64,000 nucleotides of DNA from a virus. The translations under genes were made by a program, and so were the position numbers. Under the pieces are notes generated by a model. It was given only the letters and a program-made list of their open reading frames with translations. It was not told where the DNA came from and ran no database searches. Positions 1 to 9,713 of this stretch are shown piece after piece (within the stretch, counting starts at the first letter, position 1; every line of letters starts with the position of its first letter). The stretch lies in the IMG/VR virus record IMGVR_UViG_3300046010_015054, positions 96,001 through 160,000 of that record; one strand, 5' to 3'.

Positions 1-1787
1 TAAGGTCTTTCACCTTTAGGTACATTAATACCATAATTTAATTCTTTAAATTCTAACCCTAAAATATCTGTTGCAGTTGCTTGCATTGGGATAGTATTAC
101 ATTGACGAGGGTGATAATTTGGGCTTTTCCAACCCCCATTTTCGTCTCTAAACCATCCTAATTTATAATGAGTAATACATTCAACAGCTGTTCCTGGGTT
201 GGTGAATTCTATGTTTTTGTAAGCTTCTAATCCTTGGAACCAATCATTATGGAATGTAGAAAGTATAACTTTACAATTATGTTTTTTAGCAAATTCAACA
301 ACATAAGGAACCCAACCAATGGTATCACCTATTGCTTTAGATTCTACCGTAATTAAAACTTTTTGATTAGTTAAATCTAATCTACTTGCTTCTTTACCAT
401 CAATTTTTATTACCCAAGGTACATAGTACTCTGTACTACATTCAACCCACATATTATTGTTAATGGTTTGTGAATGGTGTACTTTACCGGTTGCAGAATC
501 AATAAATTCTATAAAATAACTTTTGTTAATATTTCCTAAAATTTCTACTTTAGGTTTATTTAAATAACTAATATTTATTTTATTTTTATCTTCTACTTGA
601 TTATATTCATCTAAAAATTCTTGTAAAGTATTCCGACCAATTTCAGCTACTTTATCCCAATTAAAATTTTGATGGATAATTTCAGACTCTTTATGTGCAC
701 GTTTATAATGATCTTGATAATTTACGTAAGCATCTCTCATTACACGAGCTAAATCTTCAAAATCAGGTTCATAATAAGAACCTTCTACAAATTTTCCTTT
801 ATAATTTGGATCCTTGGCAGGTAATTCTCCCCATACTTTTACAGGTAATCCTTTACCTTCAGCAAATTCCATTTGACCAGAGCATGCTGAGTAAATAGCT
901 GGAGTACCACAAGCCATAGCCTCAATTAAAGGTAAATTCCATCCTTCACTACGAGCACAAGATAAAAATACATGACCTGTTTTTAAGTATTGAATGTAAT
1001 CTTCTCTAGAAGGAAAATGTACTACTTTGATGCGAGGATCTTCTAAACCATAATGCTTTAATCTATCTTCAGTAGTTTTTAAACCATCATCTGCAAATGG
1101 GTTATCAACCGAAAGTATTAAATCAACTTTCTCATCTGGTTTGAATTCTTTAAGAAAGGTTTCAATTATTTCTTTTGTAGATTTTCTATATTCCCAACGC
1201 CCAAACATTACAAATTTAAACCTATTATCCAAATATTCTTCTGGGAGTAATAGGTAGGGTTCAATTTTAAAGATATTAGTGTCTACACCCTCAGGTACAA
1301 CTTTTACTTTTTCAGCAGGCATACCTTGCTTAATAGTACATTCAGCTTGCCATTTTGAAGGTACCCAAATTTGATCAAATTCTTTTAATTTATTAAAAAA
1401 ATTTTCAGGTTGTAAAGTAGATTCCCAAACATTATATGCAATTTTAGGACCTACGTAATTATCATAAAAATAATGATGACCCGTAGCTTCTAAAATAATA
1501 TTAACATTATGTTTAAAATTATTTTCATAATTTTTATATATAGGAGAATCTTGCCTTTCGTAATCTACAAAAAGTGTTTGTTCAACTAATAATTTTTTAT
1601 CTAAATCATTTAAATAAGGTTCATTATTATGAGGTTCATCTTTATAACCTTCCCAAGTTTTACCTGCAGGAAAATTTCTAACTTTTACATCAAGATGTTT
1701 AGATAAATGTCTAAAAAAATCTCTTGTATGATTAGCGTAACCTGTAGGGCCTATATAAGGTCCGTGTGCATAAACTTTTGGTTTCAT
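1..1787 (-). CDS. GT4 glycosyltransferase fused to an autotransporter O-heptosyltransferase (AAH/TibC-like) domain; 3' end runs off the window
   Basis: Not in the ORF track because it has no stop in the window. Hand translation from ATG at 1787 gives MKPKVYAHGPYIGPTGYANHTR...FGRWEYRK...ARSEGWNLPLIEAMACGTP (GT-B/GT4 EX7E motif), then ESKAIGDTIGWVPYVVEFAKKHNCKVILSTFHNDWF, which resembles the GD..W.PY..F...H.C segment of AAH/TibC heptosyltransferases. Confidence 0.8.
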   Translation of the reverse strand, partial: MKPKVYAHGPYIGPTGYANHTRDFFRHLSKHLDVKVRNFPAGKTWEGYKDEPHNNEPYLNDLDKKLLVEQTLFVDYERQDSPIYKNYENNFKHNVNIILEATGHHYFYDNYVGPKIAYNVWESTLQPENFFNKLKEFDQIWVPSKWQAECTIKQGMPAEKVKVVPEGVDTNIFKIEPYLLLPEEYLDNRFKFVMFGRWEYRKSTKEIIETFLKEFKPDEKVDLILSVDNPFADDGLKTTEDRLKHYGLEDPRIKVVHFPSREDYIQYLKTGHVFLSCARSEGWNLPLIEAMACGTPAIYSACSGQMEFAEGKGLPVKVWGELPAKDPNYKGKFVEGSYYEPDFEDLARVMRDAYVNYQDHYKRAHKESEIIHQNFNWDKVAEIGRNTLQEFLDEYNQVEDKNKINISYLNKPKVEILGNINKSYFIEFIDSATGKVHHSQTINNNMWVECSTEYYVPWVIKIDGKEASRLDLTNQKVLITVESKAIGDTIGWVPYVVEFAKKHNCKVILSTFHNDWFQGLEAYKNIEFTNPGTAVECITHYKLGWFRDENGGWKSPNYHPRQCNTIPMQATATDILGLEFKELNYGINVPKGERP

Positions 1788-1788
1788 A

Positions 1789-2538
1789 TTATCTCATTAT
1801 TGAACAACCCCCATCTAGTCCTCTATATCCATCAAAACCATGATAAATAGGACAAATTGGAACTCCGTGATTTCTTAAATGCTGTCTGAGTAAAGTTTCA
1901 TTAACAAACATATCATAATAGTACTGGTAATATTCAGGGTTTACAAAGATTGTTCGTAACATTTCAGGAAAGACATTATGGTAGGTTTTCATAACATCAT
2001 ATCCCCCAACAGCAAAAGTATCATTAAGTTGATCAGCCATACCCCATCTATCAGGATATTCAAAAAAATTAACTGCTTCAGGGTTTACTTTAGTAATGTC
2101 TTCTAAGAAGATACAATTTTCAGCTACTCTATGTGTCCAAAGTAAATCATATCTTGTTTTTATTACCAAATCATATTTAATACCGGAATTTTCTAACAAA
2201 TCCCAAGATCGTTTTAAAGATAACCACATTCCCATTTGGGAATTTAAGCGTTGGTTATTTTGTCCTTTTAAATCTGTAGCATCAAACTTTATTGCTTTTT
2301 CAAATAAATGTTTTTTAGGCTGATACCAATCTAATAGATTTTTGTAAGTATTTTGATCAACATTATAAACACGTTGCAATTTACCTTCATTAAAAAAATC
2401 ATACTTGTAAAAATGTTTATCAACCCAAGCATGCATATACACATCAATATCATATCGATCTAAAAACCAACGTTTTAGTTCTTTAAAACCATGTTTGTAT
2501 CTACGTGGCTGACCACTAATTGTTAAAGCTATTTTCAT
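1789..2538 (-). CDS. Putative GT-A-like glycosyltransferase (SGxPR / YDxVIxxRxD family), paralogue 1
   Basis: MKIALTISGQPR, DVYMHAW, YDLVIKTRYDL and LNDTFAVG motifs; clearly paralogous to 2535-3299. Confidence 0.55.
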   Translation of the reverse strand: MKIALTISGQPRRYKHGFKELKRWFLDRYDIDVYMHAWVDKHFYKYDFFNEGKLQRVYNVDQNTYKNLLDWYQPKKHLFEKAIKFDATDLKGQNNQRLNSQMGMWLSLKRSWDLLENSGIKYDLVIKTRYDLLWTHRVAENCIFLEDITKVNPEAVNFFEYPDRWGMADQLNDTFAVGGYDVMKTYHNVFPEMLRTIFVNPEYYQYYYDMFVNETLLRQHLRNHGVPICPIYHGFDGYRGLDGGCSIMR

Positions 2539-3299
2539 CGAATAATATGGGCATGAAAATGTTTGGTTAAACTTTCAACATAATTTACCTCTACATTATT
2601 TTTTAGCATTACATGCCATTTTAAAAGACTTTCAGCAACAGTTTTATCCGCTGTACTTGTGACAGTTTTTAACCATTCACCATAATCTGGGTCTATAAAA
2701 ATGTAGTTAAGTATATAACAAAAATAATCAGAATAAATTTCAGCAATATGAGGTCCACTAACTATAAATTGATCATCAATTTCAGATGTTCGTTGAGGGA
2801 ATCCATTAATATCTGGGTATTTAAAGCAATTATATTTGTTAGGATCTAATTGAGTAATGTCTTTTAGAAAGATACATTTAGGAGATACATACTTAGTAAA
2901 TTGAAGATCAAATCTATATCTAATAATATAATCATATTCAATACCGGATTCACGTACTAAATTATAACAAGCATGAATTGAATAAGCAGCACTTAAAATA
3001 TTATGTAATTTATAATTTAAATGAGATCCGCGAATATCGGTTTCATCAAACGGTATAGGTGTTTGAAATTCGTATGCTTTAGGTTTATATAATTTTAAAA
3101 TTTTATCATAATCACTTTGTGTAAAAGTGTATGTTTTTTTTTCTAAAAAATCATGTCCAGTTTCAAAGACTGATGTAGTATCATACCAAGTATGGATGTA
3201 AACATCACAATCATACTTGTTTAAGAACCATTTTTTTAGTTCTTTAAAACCTAAATCATAATTGCGGGGTAAACCGCTTATACAAATTGCTACTTTCAT
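2535..3299 (-). CDS. Putative GT-A-like glycosyltransferase, paralogue 2
   Basis: MKVAICISGLPR, DVYIHTW, YDYIIRYRFDL and IDDQFIVSG motifs; 4-nt overlap with the next gene. Confidence 0.55.
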   Translation of the reverse strand: MKVAICISGLPRNYDLGFKELKKWFLNKYDCDVYIHTWYDTTSVFETGHDFLEKKTYTFTQSDYDKILKLYKPKAYEFQTPIPFDETDIRGSHLNYKLHNILSAAYSIHACYNLVRESGIEYDYIIRYRFDLQFTKYVSPKCIFLKDITQLDPNKYNCFKYPDINGFPQRTSEIDDQFIVSGPHIAEIYSDYFCYILNYIFIDPDYGEWLKTVTSTADKTVAESLLKWHVMLKNNVEVNYVESLTKHFHAHIIR

Positions 3300-3910
3300 T
3301 ATCTATAATGACCTCCTCCTAACCAAAGAACAAATGATTTACGAGTACCTTTAATTACAGGTGTAACTCTATGAAGCATAAATGATGGGAAAATAATAAC
3401 AGTACCCTTACCTTTAGGACCTGTTAAAGGCATTTGCCCACCATTCCAAATTTCTAAATTACCCCCTTCATATTCTTCAGGGCCAGAAAGTTGAACTGTA
3501 ACTGAGAGTTTTCTAAAAGGCATAAATCCTTGGCTACCTATATCCATATGCCAATCATAGTGACCTTTATTAGTACCATAGTATTCAGTATATTGAATTT
3601 GTTCTGGCATAAAGTTTAGATCAAAATGATACATTTCTTTATTAGCTTCATATGCCATTAAACCAATTTTATCGTAAATCCATTTTGTATTTTCTGAAAA
3701 TGGAATCCATTTAATACTGGAATTGCGAGCATCTAAATTTTCACCTTGATCTTGTCCACCTTGCTCAGTAACAGCTGTTTGGAATTGCATTTCGGCTACT
3801 TGAGATTCAATTTGAGATAACTCATCAGTAGTAAAACCTTCTTGAAACCAATAATAATTACATTGGTTTACGGGATTTTCTAAAGGGAATGTATAATTAA
3901 CATTCATCAT
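3299..3910 (-). CDS. 2OG-Fe(II) oxygenase, prolyl-4-hydroxylase/PKHD-like
   Basis: HxD (WHMD), RKLSVTVQL, YEGG, distal His with 2OG-binding Arg (HRVTPV..GTRKSFVLW). Confidence 0.88.
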   Translation of the reverse strand: MMNVNYTFPLENPVNQCNYYWFQEGFTTDELSQIESQVAEMQFQTAVTEQGGQDQGENLDARNSSIKWIPFSENTKWIYDKIGLMAYEANKEMYHFDLNFMPEQIQYTEYYGTNKGHYDWHMDIGSQGFMPFRKLSVTVQLSGPEEYEGGNLEIWNGGQMPLTGPKGKGTVIIFPSFMLHRVTPVIKGTRKSFVLWLGGGHYR

Positions 3911-3921
3911 GATTTTTTAAA

Positions 3922-6273
3922 TTAAGGATTTGTAAAAGAAATTAAAATATATCGGGTTCCTTCGATTACAGGACGTCCCCCGTGTTTGTGAGTAATTTGA
4001 CCAGGATGAGCCATAGCATATCCTTTTCTTTGAGGTTGGATTGTTAATTTATAGCGAGGGATAAAAGTACCACCTCCTTTAAATTCATCATTTAACCTAA
4101 CATTTAATGTAATAGCTGAGCTATCGTGGTGAATATCTAAGCTACCTTGATTATTTGTATCATATTTAGCAATAAAGTTTTCACTTTTTGAAGTTTGCCA
4201 ATTATTACCTTCAAGTTCCCAAAACCAAATCCAAATAGGATAAACAAATTGTTCTAGAACTTTTTGATAGATTTTTTGCATCTTTAAACTTTCCATAGTT
4301 TGGTCTGTTGTAGGATAAAAAGTATGTCTATCAGTTTTCCATTCATTTTGTTCAGCTAAAGCTATTACTTCATCACAGAATTTTTCAGTAAATAATGGGA
4401 ATTCAATAATATTAGGACCAATTTCATCAGTCATAAGCTTATATTGTCCTTTTAAAATATAAGGATCAATATATTTTTTACACCACTCTTCCCAGTTACT
4501 ATCATCTAAAATTTCAATTATAGGTTTATTACCTTCAGTTACTCCTACACTTTTATCTTGTTCAAAATAATTAACTTTTGGAGCAGCTACTTTTAATTTA
4601 GGTAGATCAGCAAAATCTGCTAAAATATCTTGACGATGAGTCATACCAAAAGTAATTGATAAAAACTCATCTAAAGCAAATATTTTACTTTTATAACGAG
4701 GGATCCACTCTTCTACTAGCTTTTGAACACCTGAACGTGATAAAATGTAGGCGTGTGAGTTATATGAATAATCAGGCTCTACCCAATTTCTAAATCCTTC
4801 TATAGGTTTTTCTAAATCAGGTTTAAGAGCATTACGTCCTAAATAAATCATATCATATCCTTTATCTAAAAGAGATTTTATATTTTCCCAGTTTACTGGG
4901 AGTTGTTCTTTAAAATCTTCTTCTAGAATAAAAGTTATTTCTCTATCATATTCATAAGCATCAACCCAAGCATCAATATGAGCTAAGGCACATCCTACTT
5001 CTCCATCTGTTACTTCGCGATTCCACCAATGACAACTACTTTCGATTTTCCAATTTGGGTGTTTTTTAACACCAAATTTTACTAAATCTTTTTGTGTTAA
5101 AGTGCGATAATCAAAACCAGTTTTTACCCAGTAGTTATAAAAACCAGGCATAGATAATTTATCGCATTTATCTTTAATTTGCTGAGTTTCATTTAAAGCT
5201 ATAACGTAAAAATGATCTAAATTCATATTTAATTTTAATAATAAAGGTATCCAGTTTCTTATTGTTACATACCACCAGTCAAGTGAATATACGTAATTTT
5301 GTGCTAATTGCCAATTTATATTGTCATTTTCATTAAGAGCATTAAAACCATGTAATGTTTCTTTTAAACCACCCCATTCCCAAGTAATAGGTAATACTTG
5401 ATGGCCTAACATTTCTAAAGCTGTTAAGCAAAATGTTTCTTCATATGTTGAAGGATAGTACCAATATTGACTATCCGCCATTAATTTATATAATTCTTTT
5501 TCGGGTAATGTACCTAAAAATTCTACATCATCCAAACTATCTACCCATTCTTTATAATATTGATTATAATATTCTAAACCATATTCAGGAGTACAAATTT
5601 TTAAGCTAGAATCAGGGGCTTCTTGTTTAATTTGAGGCCAATCTTCTAATACTCTAGCTAAACCTCTTTCAGCATGAGATGAATAGATATATTGATTTTT
5701 ATTTTTTTGATATAATTGAGAAGTTGGTTTTGGGAAGATTAAACCTTTTATTGCTTGGGGTTCAGGAAAAGTTTTTATAATTTTGCTAGCATCAATACCA
5801 TAACCAATAATTTTAATTTTACTTTCGGTTTCTGGGTATTGTTGGAGCCAAATTTCTCTATGCCATTTAGTTAAGCATATAATATATTTAAGTTTAGGAT
5901 GGATTAATAATTCTCTATGATTAGGTATTTCTTCTCCATTCCACCAATTATAATAATCGGTATTACTAAGCCAAAATATAGAATTTTTATAATTAAAATC
6001 TTCAAATTCTTTTAAATAATGTATATAATTTATTCCAATAATAGTATCAACTGAAGATTCTTCTTGTTTAAATTGTTTAGTAGTTCTATATTTTACATTA
6101 TCAAAATCTCCAGGAATAACATTTCCAACTACCCAAATATAATATTCAGGGAGTTTGGCTAATTCTTGTGCTAAATAATAAGTGGTTTTTTCTGTACCTC
6201 CTAAACCGGTAGTTTCTATAGAAGAAGGACCCCAAGGAGTTTTGTGATAACCTGTGTATAAAACTATTTTCAT
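3922..6273 (-). CDS. Tri-domain enzyme: GT4 + GT25 (COLGALT-like) + PLOD-like lysyl hydroxylase
   Basis: N-terminal GLGGTE and PSTYEETFCLTALE (GT4). Middle GEVGCALAH..ILEED..YDMIYLGR..VEPDYSY..HAYILS (GT25/procollagen galactosyltransferase-like). C-terminal FPLFTEKFC..PTTD..HHDSS..GGGT..HPGQITHKHGG..GTRYILISF.NP (PLOD-type 2OG domain). The start is probably ATG 6273 (MKIVLYTG) rather than 6309, because 6284-6323 holds promoter and terminator elements. Confidence 0.85.
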   Translation of the reverse strand: MKIVLYTGYHKTPWGPSSIETTGLGGTEKTTYYLAQELAKLPEYYIWVVGNVIPGDFDNVKYRTTKQFKQEESSVDTIIGINYIHYLKEFEDFNYKNSIFWLSNTDYYNWWNGEEIPNHRELLIHPKLKYIICLTKWHREIWLQQYPETESKIKIIGYGIDASKIIKTFPEPQAIKGLIFPKPTSQLYQKNKNQYIYSSHAERGLARVLEDWPQIKQEAPDSSLKICTPEYGLEYYNQYYKEWVDSLDDVEFLGTLPEKELYKLMADSQYWYYPSTYEETFCLTALEMLGHQVLPITWEWGGLKETLHGFNALNENDNINWQLAQNYVYSLDWWYVTIRNWIPLLLKLNMNLDHFYVIALNETQQIKDKCDKLSMPGFYNYWVKTGFDYRTLTQKDLVKFGVKKHPNWKIESSCHWWNREVTDGEVGCALAHIDAWVDAYEYDREITFILEEDFKEQLPVNWENIKSLLDKGYDMIYLGRNALKPDLEKPIEGFRNWVEPDYSYNSHAYILSRSGVQKLVEEWIPRYKSKIFALDEFLSITFGMTHRQDILADFADLPKLKVAAPKVNYFEQDKSVGVTEGNKPIIEILDDSNWEEWCKKYIDPYILKGQYKLMTDEIGPNIIEFPLFTEKFCDEVIALAEQNEWKTDRHTFYPTTDQTMESLKMQKIYQKVLEQFVYPIWIWFWELEGNNWQTSKSENFIAKYDTNNQGSLDIHHDSSAITLNVRLNDEFKGGGTFIPRYKLTIQPQRKGYAMAHPGQITHKHGGRPVIEGTRYILISFTNP

Positions 6274-6283
6274 AAACCTATAT

Positions 6284-6314
6284 ATAATATAAATATAAAA
6301 GGGGGACATTCAAA
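6284..6314 (-). promoter_or_regulatory. Bacteroidota-type sigma70 promoter candidate (TTTG-N19-TATATTAT), overlapping an ATATTTAT motif at 6289-6296
   Basis: Same spacing as three other sites in the window; resembles the TTTG(-33)/TAnnTTTG(-7) consensus. Confidence 0.5.
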
Positions 6315-6323
6315 GTCCCCCTT
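6297..6323 (-). terminator. Intrinsic terminator after collagen chain A
   Basis: GGGGGAC/GTCCCCC stem with a 7-nt loop, followed by a T-run on the minus strand. Confidence 0.75.
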
Positions 6324-6344
6324 ATTAAAAATACTTATAAATTT

Positions 6345-9300
6345 TTAAACTAATTCTAGTTTTTCAAATTTAACATCAATTTTGCTATAGTCTACAGCAT
6401 AATAACCATTTTCAGCTATTACCACAGCGTCTTCAAATTGTGTTCCTAATAATTCTTGAGCCATTACACCAATATATCTAGTATTAGGATCATTAATGTA
6501 ATTATACTCGTAAATATTAATACCTAATTTAGATACACCTATTTTTACAATATTTTCTTTTAATCTAATATCTGATGTTTTTCTGTATTGAAGATAACCA
6601 TCGGCAAAATCTAATGTTTGTGAAAAATTTACTGTAAATAATTTAAAATTTACAGTTAAACCTATAGGTCCAGTACCTTCAGCCCCAATAAGACCTCTAG
6701 AACCAATAGGACCACGAGGGCCGATAGGACCTCTAGGACCTTGAGGACTAGAACCAACAGCACCAATAGGACCACGAGGACCAATATTACCAATAGGACC
6801 TTGAGGGCCTTGAATAGTACTAGCTGGGCCTCTATTGCCCCGAGGGCCTTGTACTCCTATAGGTCCTATAGGACCTTGTGGGCCCGGACCAATAGGACCA
6901 ATTATACCTCTAGGACCTTGGGGTGCAACGCCAATTGGGCCAATATTACCAATAGGACCAATTGGACCCCATGGACCACGAGGACCAATAGGACCTTGTA
7001 TGCCTTGTGGACCTTGTGGGCCCGGGCCTATAGGACCAATAATGCCAGTAGGTCCAATAGGACCTCTAGGACCAATGTTACCAATAGGGCCTTGAATGCC
7101 CTGTGGACCTTGTGGGCCAGGACCAATTGGACCAATATTACCAATAGGACCAATTGGACCCCATGGACCACGAGGACCAATAGGACCTTGTATGCCTTGT
7201 GGACCTTGTGGGCCCGGGCCTATAGGACCAATAATACCTTGAGGACCAATAGGACCTCTAGGGCCTACAATATCAGTTACATCTCCTGCAATGCCTTTAG
7301 GACCTTGAATGCCTGTAGGGCCTTGAATACCTTGTGGGCCTTGAGGACCAGGTCCAATAGGACCTATAATACCTTGGGGTCCTCTAGGACCAATAGGACC
7401 AATGTTACCAATAGGGCCTTGAATACCTTGTGGACCTTGAGGTCCAGGACCTATAGGGCCGATAATACCTTGAGGACCACGAGGACCAATGTTACCAATA
7501 GGGCCAATTGGGCCTATTATACCCCGTGGACCAATAGGACCAGGTCCAATATTACCAATAGTACCTTGTGGACCTATATTTCCAATTGGACCCTGAATAC
7601 CTTGAGGACCACGAGGTCCAATAGGTCCTTGTGGGCCTGGTCCAATAGGACCAATAATGCCAGTAGGTCCAATAGGACCCCAAGGACCTCGCGGACCAAT
7701 AGGGCCTATAATACCCTGAGGGCCTTGAGGACCAGGACCTATAGGGCCTATTATACCTTGAGGACCACGAGGACCAATAGGACCTTGAATATCATTTATA
7801 TCACCCGGAATACCTTTAGGACCTATAATACCTGTGGGGCCTTGAATGCCTTGTGGACCTTGTGGGCCAGGACCTATAGGACCTATAATACCCTGAGGTC
7901 CTCTAGGGCCAATAGGACCAATGTTACCAATAGGGCCTTGAATGCCCTGTGGACCTTGTGGGCCAGGACCTATAGGACCTATAATACCCTGAGGTCCTCT
8001 AGGGCCAATAGGACCAATGTTACCAATAGGACCTTGAATGCCCTGTGGACCTTGTGGGCCTGGGCCAATAGGGCCGATAATACCTTGAGGACCAATATTA
8101 CCCCGAGGACCTTGTATTCCTTGAGGGCCTTGAATACCCTGAGGTCCTTGTGGACCTGGGCCAATTGGACCTTGAATTCCAATAGGTCCAATAGGACCCC
8201 AAGGACCTCGTGGGCCAATAGGGCCTATAGTACCTTGAGGACCTTGTGGGCCCGGGCCTATAGGACCAATAATACCTTGAGGACCAATAGGACCACGAGG
8301 ACCTATAGCATCAGTTACATCTCCAGCAATACCTTTAGGACCTATAATACCTGTGGGGCCTTGAATGCCTTGTGGACCTTGAGGTCCGGGACCTATAGGA
8401 CCAATAATACCCTGAGGTCCCCGAGGACCAATAGGACCTTGTGTACCTTGCGGGCCTTGAATACCCTGAGGCCCTTGTGGGCCTGGACCAATTGGGCCTT
8501 GGATACCTAAAGGACCTCTAGGACCAATAGGACCAATGTTACCAATAGGACCTTGAATACCTCGCGGGCCTTGTGGACCCGGACCAATAGGACCTATAAT
8601 ACCTTGAGGACCACGAGGGCCAATAGGGCCTTGAAGATCACCAGTATCACCTGGGATACCTTTAGGACCTTGTATGCCTGTAGGTCCTTGGGTACCTTGC
8701 GGGCCTTGTGGACCTGGACCAATAGGACCGATAATACCTTGAGGTCCTCTAGGACCAATAGGCCCTTGAATACCTTGTGGACCCTGAATGCCCTGTGGGC
8801 CTTGAGGTCCAGGACCGATTGGACCCTGAATGCCTAAAGGTCCTCTAGGACCAATTGGGCCTATATTGCCAATAGGACCTTGAATACCTTGTGGACCTTG
8901 AGGTCCAGGGCCTATAGGACCAATAATACCTTGTGGACCTCTAGGACCAATAGGTCCCTGAGTACCTTGTGGGCCTTGTATGCCTTGTGGGCCTTGTGGT
9001 CCAGGTCCAATGGGGCCTTGAATTCCAATAGGTCCAATAGGACCCCATGGACCTATTAAACCACGAGGACCTTGAATACCTTGTGGGCCTTGTGGTCCTG
9101 GTCCAATAGGGCCTATAATACCTGTAGGACCTTGAATACCTTGAGGTCCTATTAAACCTCTTGGACCTTGTGGACCTTGTGGTCCTGGTCCAATAGGACC
9201 TATAATTCCTTGTGGTCCACGAGCGCCAATAGGACCTTGTATACCTTGTGGACCTTGTGGACCTTGTGGTCCTGGTCCAATAGGACCAATTATACCTCTT

Positions 9301-9707
9301 GGTCCTTGTAAGCCTTGTGGTCCTTGAGTACCTTGTGGACCTTGAATACCACGTGGACCTTGCGGTCCTTGATTGCCTCTAGGACCTTGTGTACCCCTAG
9401 GACCTTGTGGTCCTTGTAAATCAATTGGTGTTCCTGTTTTACTAGTAACAATTAAAGCTTCAGCAGGTGCATCAAATCGTAAAGCACCCGTTCTATTAGA
9501 AACAAGAACTGTATTAGGTACTACAAATCCAGCATTACTATTAATTTCAATACCTGTTGGTTTAATAGTAAATATATCAACACTACCACTTTGGACTGCT
9601 AAATCTCCTGTAACATTATTAAAAGTAAAATCTATAGCTTTACCATTTGAACTTTCAATAAATTCAAGGCTACCTGATTTAGGTATTATTTTAACATTTT
9701 TAGCCAT
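6345..9707 (-). CDS. Collagen-like fibre protein (chain A) with C-terminal peptidase S74 intramolecular chaperone
   Basis: About 930 aa of Gly-X-Y with periodic GP interruptions; C-terminal SDIRLKENI...IGVMAQEL...[10 protein letters not shown] is the autocleaving chaperone motif. Confidence 0.9.
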   Translation of the reverse strand: MAKNVKIIPKSGSLEFIESSNGKAIDFTFNNVTGDLAVQSGSVDIFTIKPTGIEINSNAGFVVPNTVLVSNRTGALRFDAPAEALIVTSKTGTPIDLQGPQGPRGTQGPRGNQGPQGPRGIQGPQGTQGPQGLQGPRGIIGPIGPGPQGPQGPQGIQGPIGARGPQGIIGPIGPGPQGPQGPRGLIGPQGIQGPTGIIGPIGPGPQGPQGIQGPRGLIGPWGPIGPIGIQGPIGPGPQGPQGIQGPQGTQGPIGPRGPQGIIGPIGPGPQGPQGIQGPIGNIGPIGPRGPLGIQGPIGPGPQGPQGIQGPQGIQGPIGPRGPQGIIGPIGPGPQGPQGTQGPTGIQGPKGIPGDTGDLQGPIGPRGPQGIIGPIGPGPQGPRGIQGPIGNIGPIGPRGPLGIQGPIGPGPQGPQGIQGPQGTQGPIGPRGPQGIIGPIGPGPQGPQGIQGPTGIIGPKGIAGDVTDAIGPRGPIGPQGIIGPIGPGPQGPQGTIGPIGPRGPWGPIGPIGIQGPIGPGPQGPQGIQGPQGIQGPRGNIGPQGIIGPIGPGPQGPQGIQGPIGNIGPIGPRGPQGIIGPIGPGPQGPQGIQGPIGNIGPIGPRGPQGIIGPIGPGPQGPQGIQGPTGIIGPKGIPGDINDIQGPIGPRGPQGIIGPIGPGPQGPQGIIGPIGPRGPWGPIGPTGIIGPIGPGPQGPIGPRGPQGIQGPIGNIGPQGTIGNIGPGPIGPRGIIGPIGPIGNIGPRGPQGIIGPIGPGPQGPQGIQGPIGNIGPIGPRGPQGIIGPIGPGPQGPQGIQGPTGIQGPKGIAGDVTDIVGPRGPIGPQGIIGPIGPGPQGPQGIQGPIGPRGPWGPIGPIGNIGPIGPGPQGPQGIQGPIGNIGPRGPIGPTGIIGPIGPGPQGPQGIQGPIGPRGPWGPIGPIGNIGPIGVAPQGPRGIIGPIGPGPQGPIGPIGVQGPRGNRGPASTIQGPQGPIGNIGPRGPIGAVGSSPQGPRGPIGPRGPIGSRGLIGAEGTGPIGLTVNFKLFTVNFSQTLDFADGYLQYRKTSDIRLKENIVKIGVSKLGINIYEYNYINDPNTRYIGVMAQELLGTQFEDAVVIAENGYYAVDYSKIDVKFEKLELV

Positions 9708-9713
9708 AGATTA

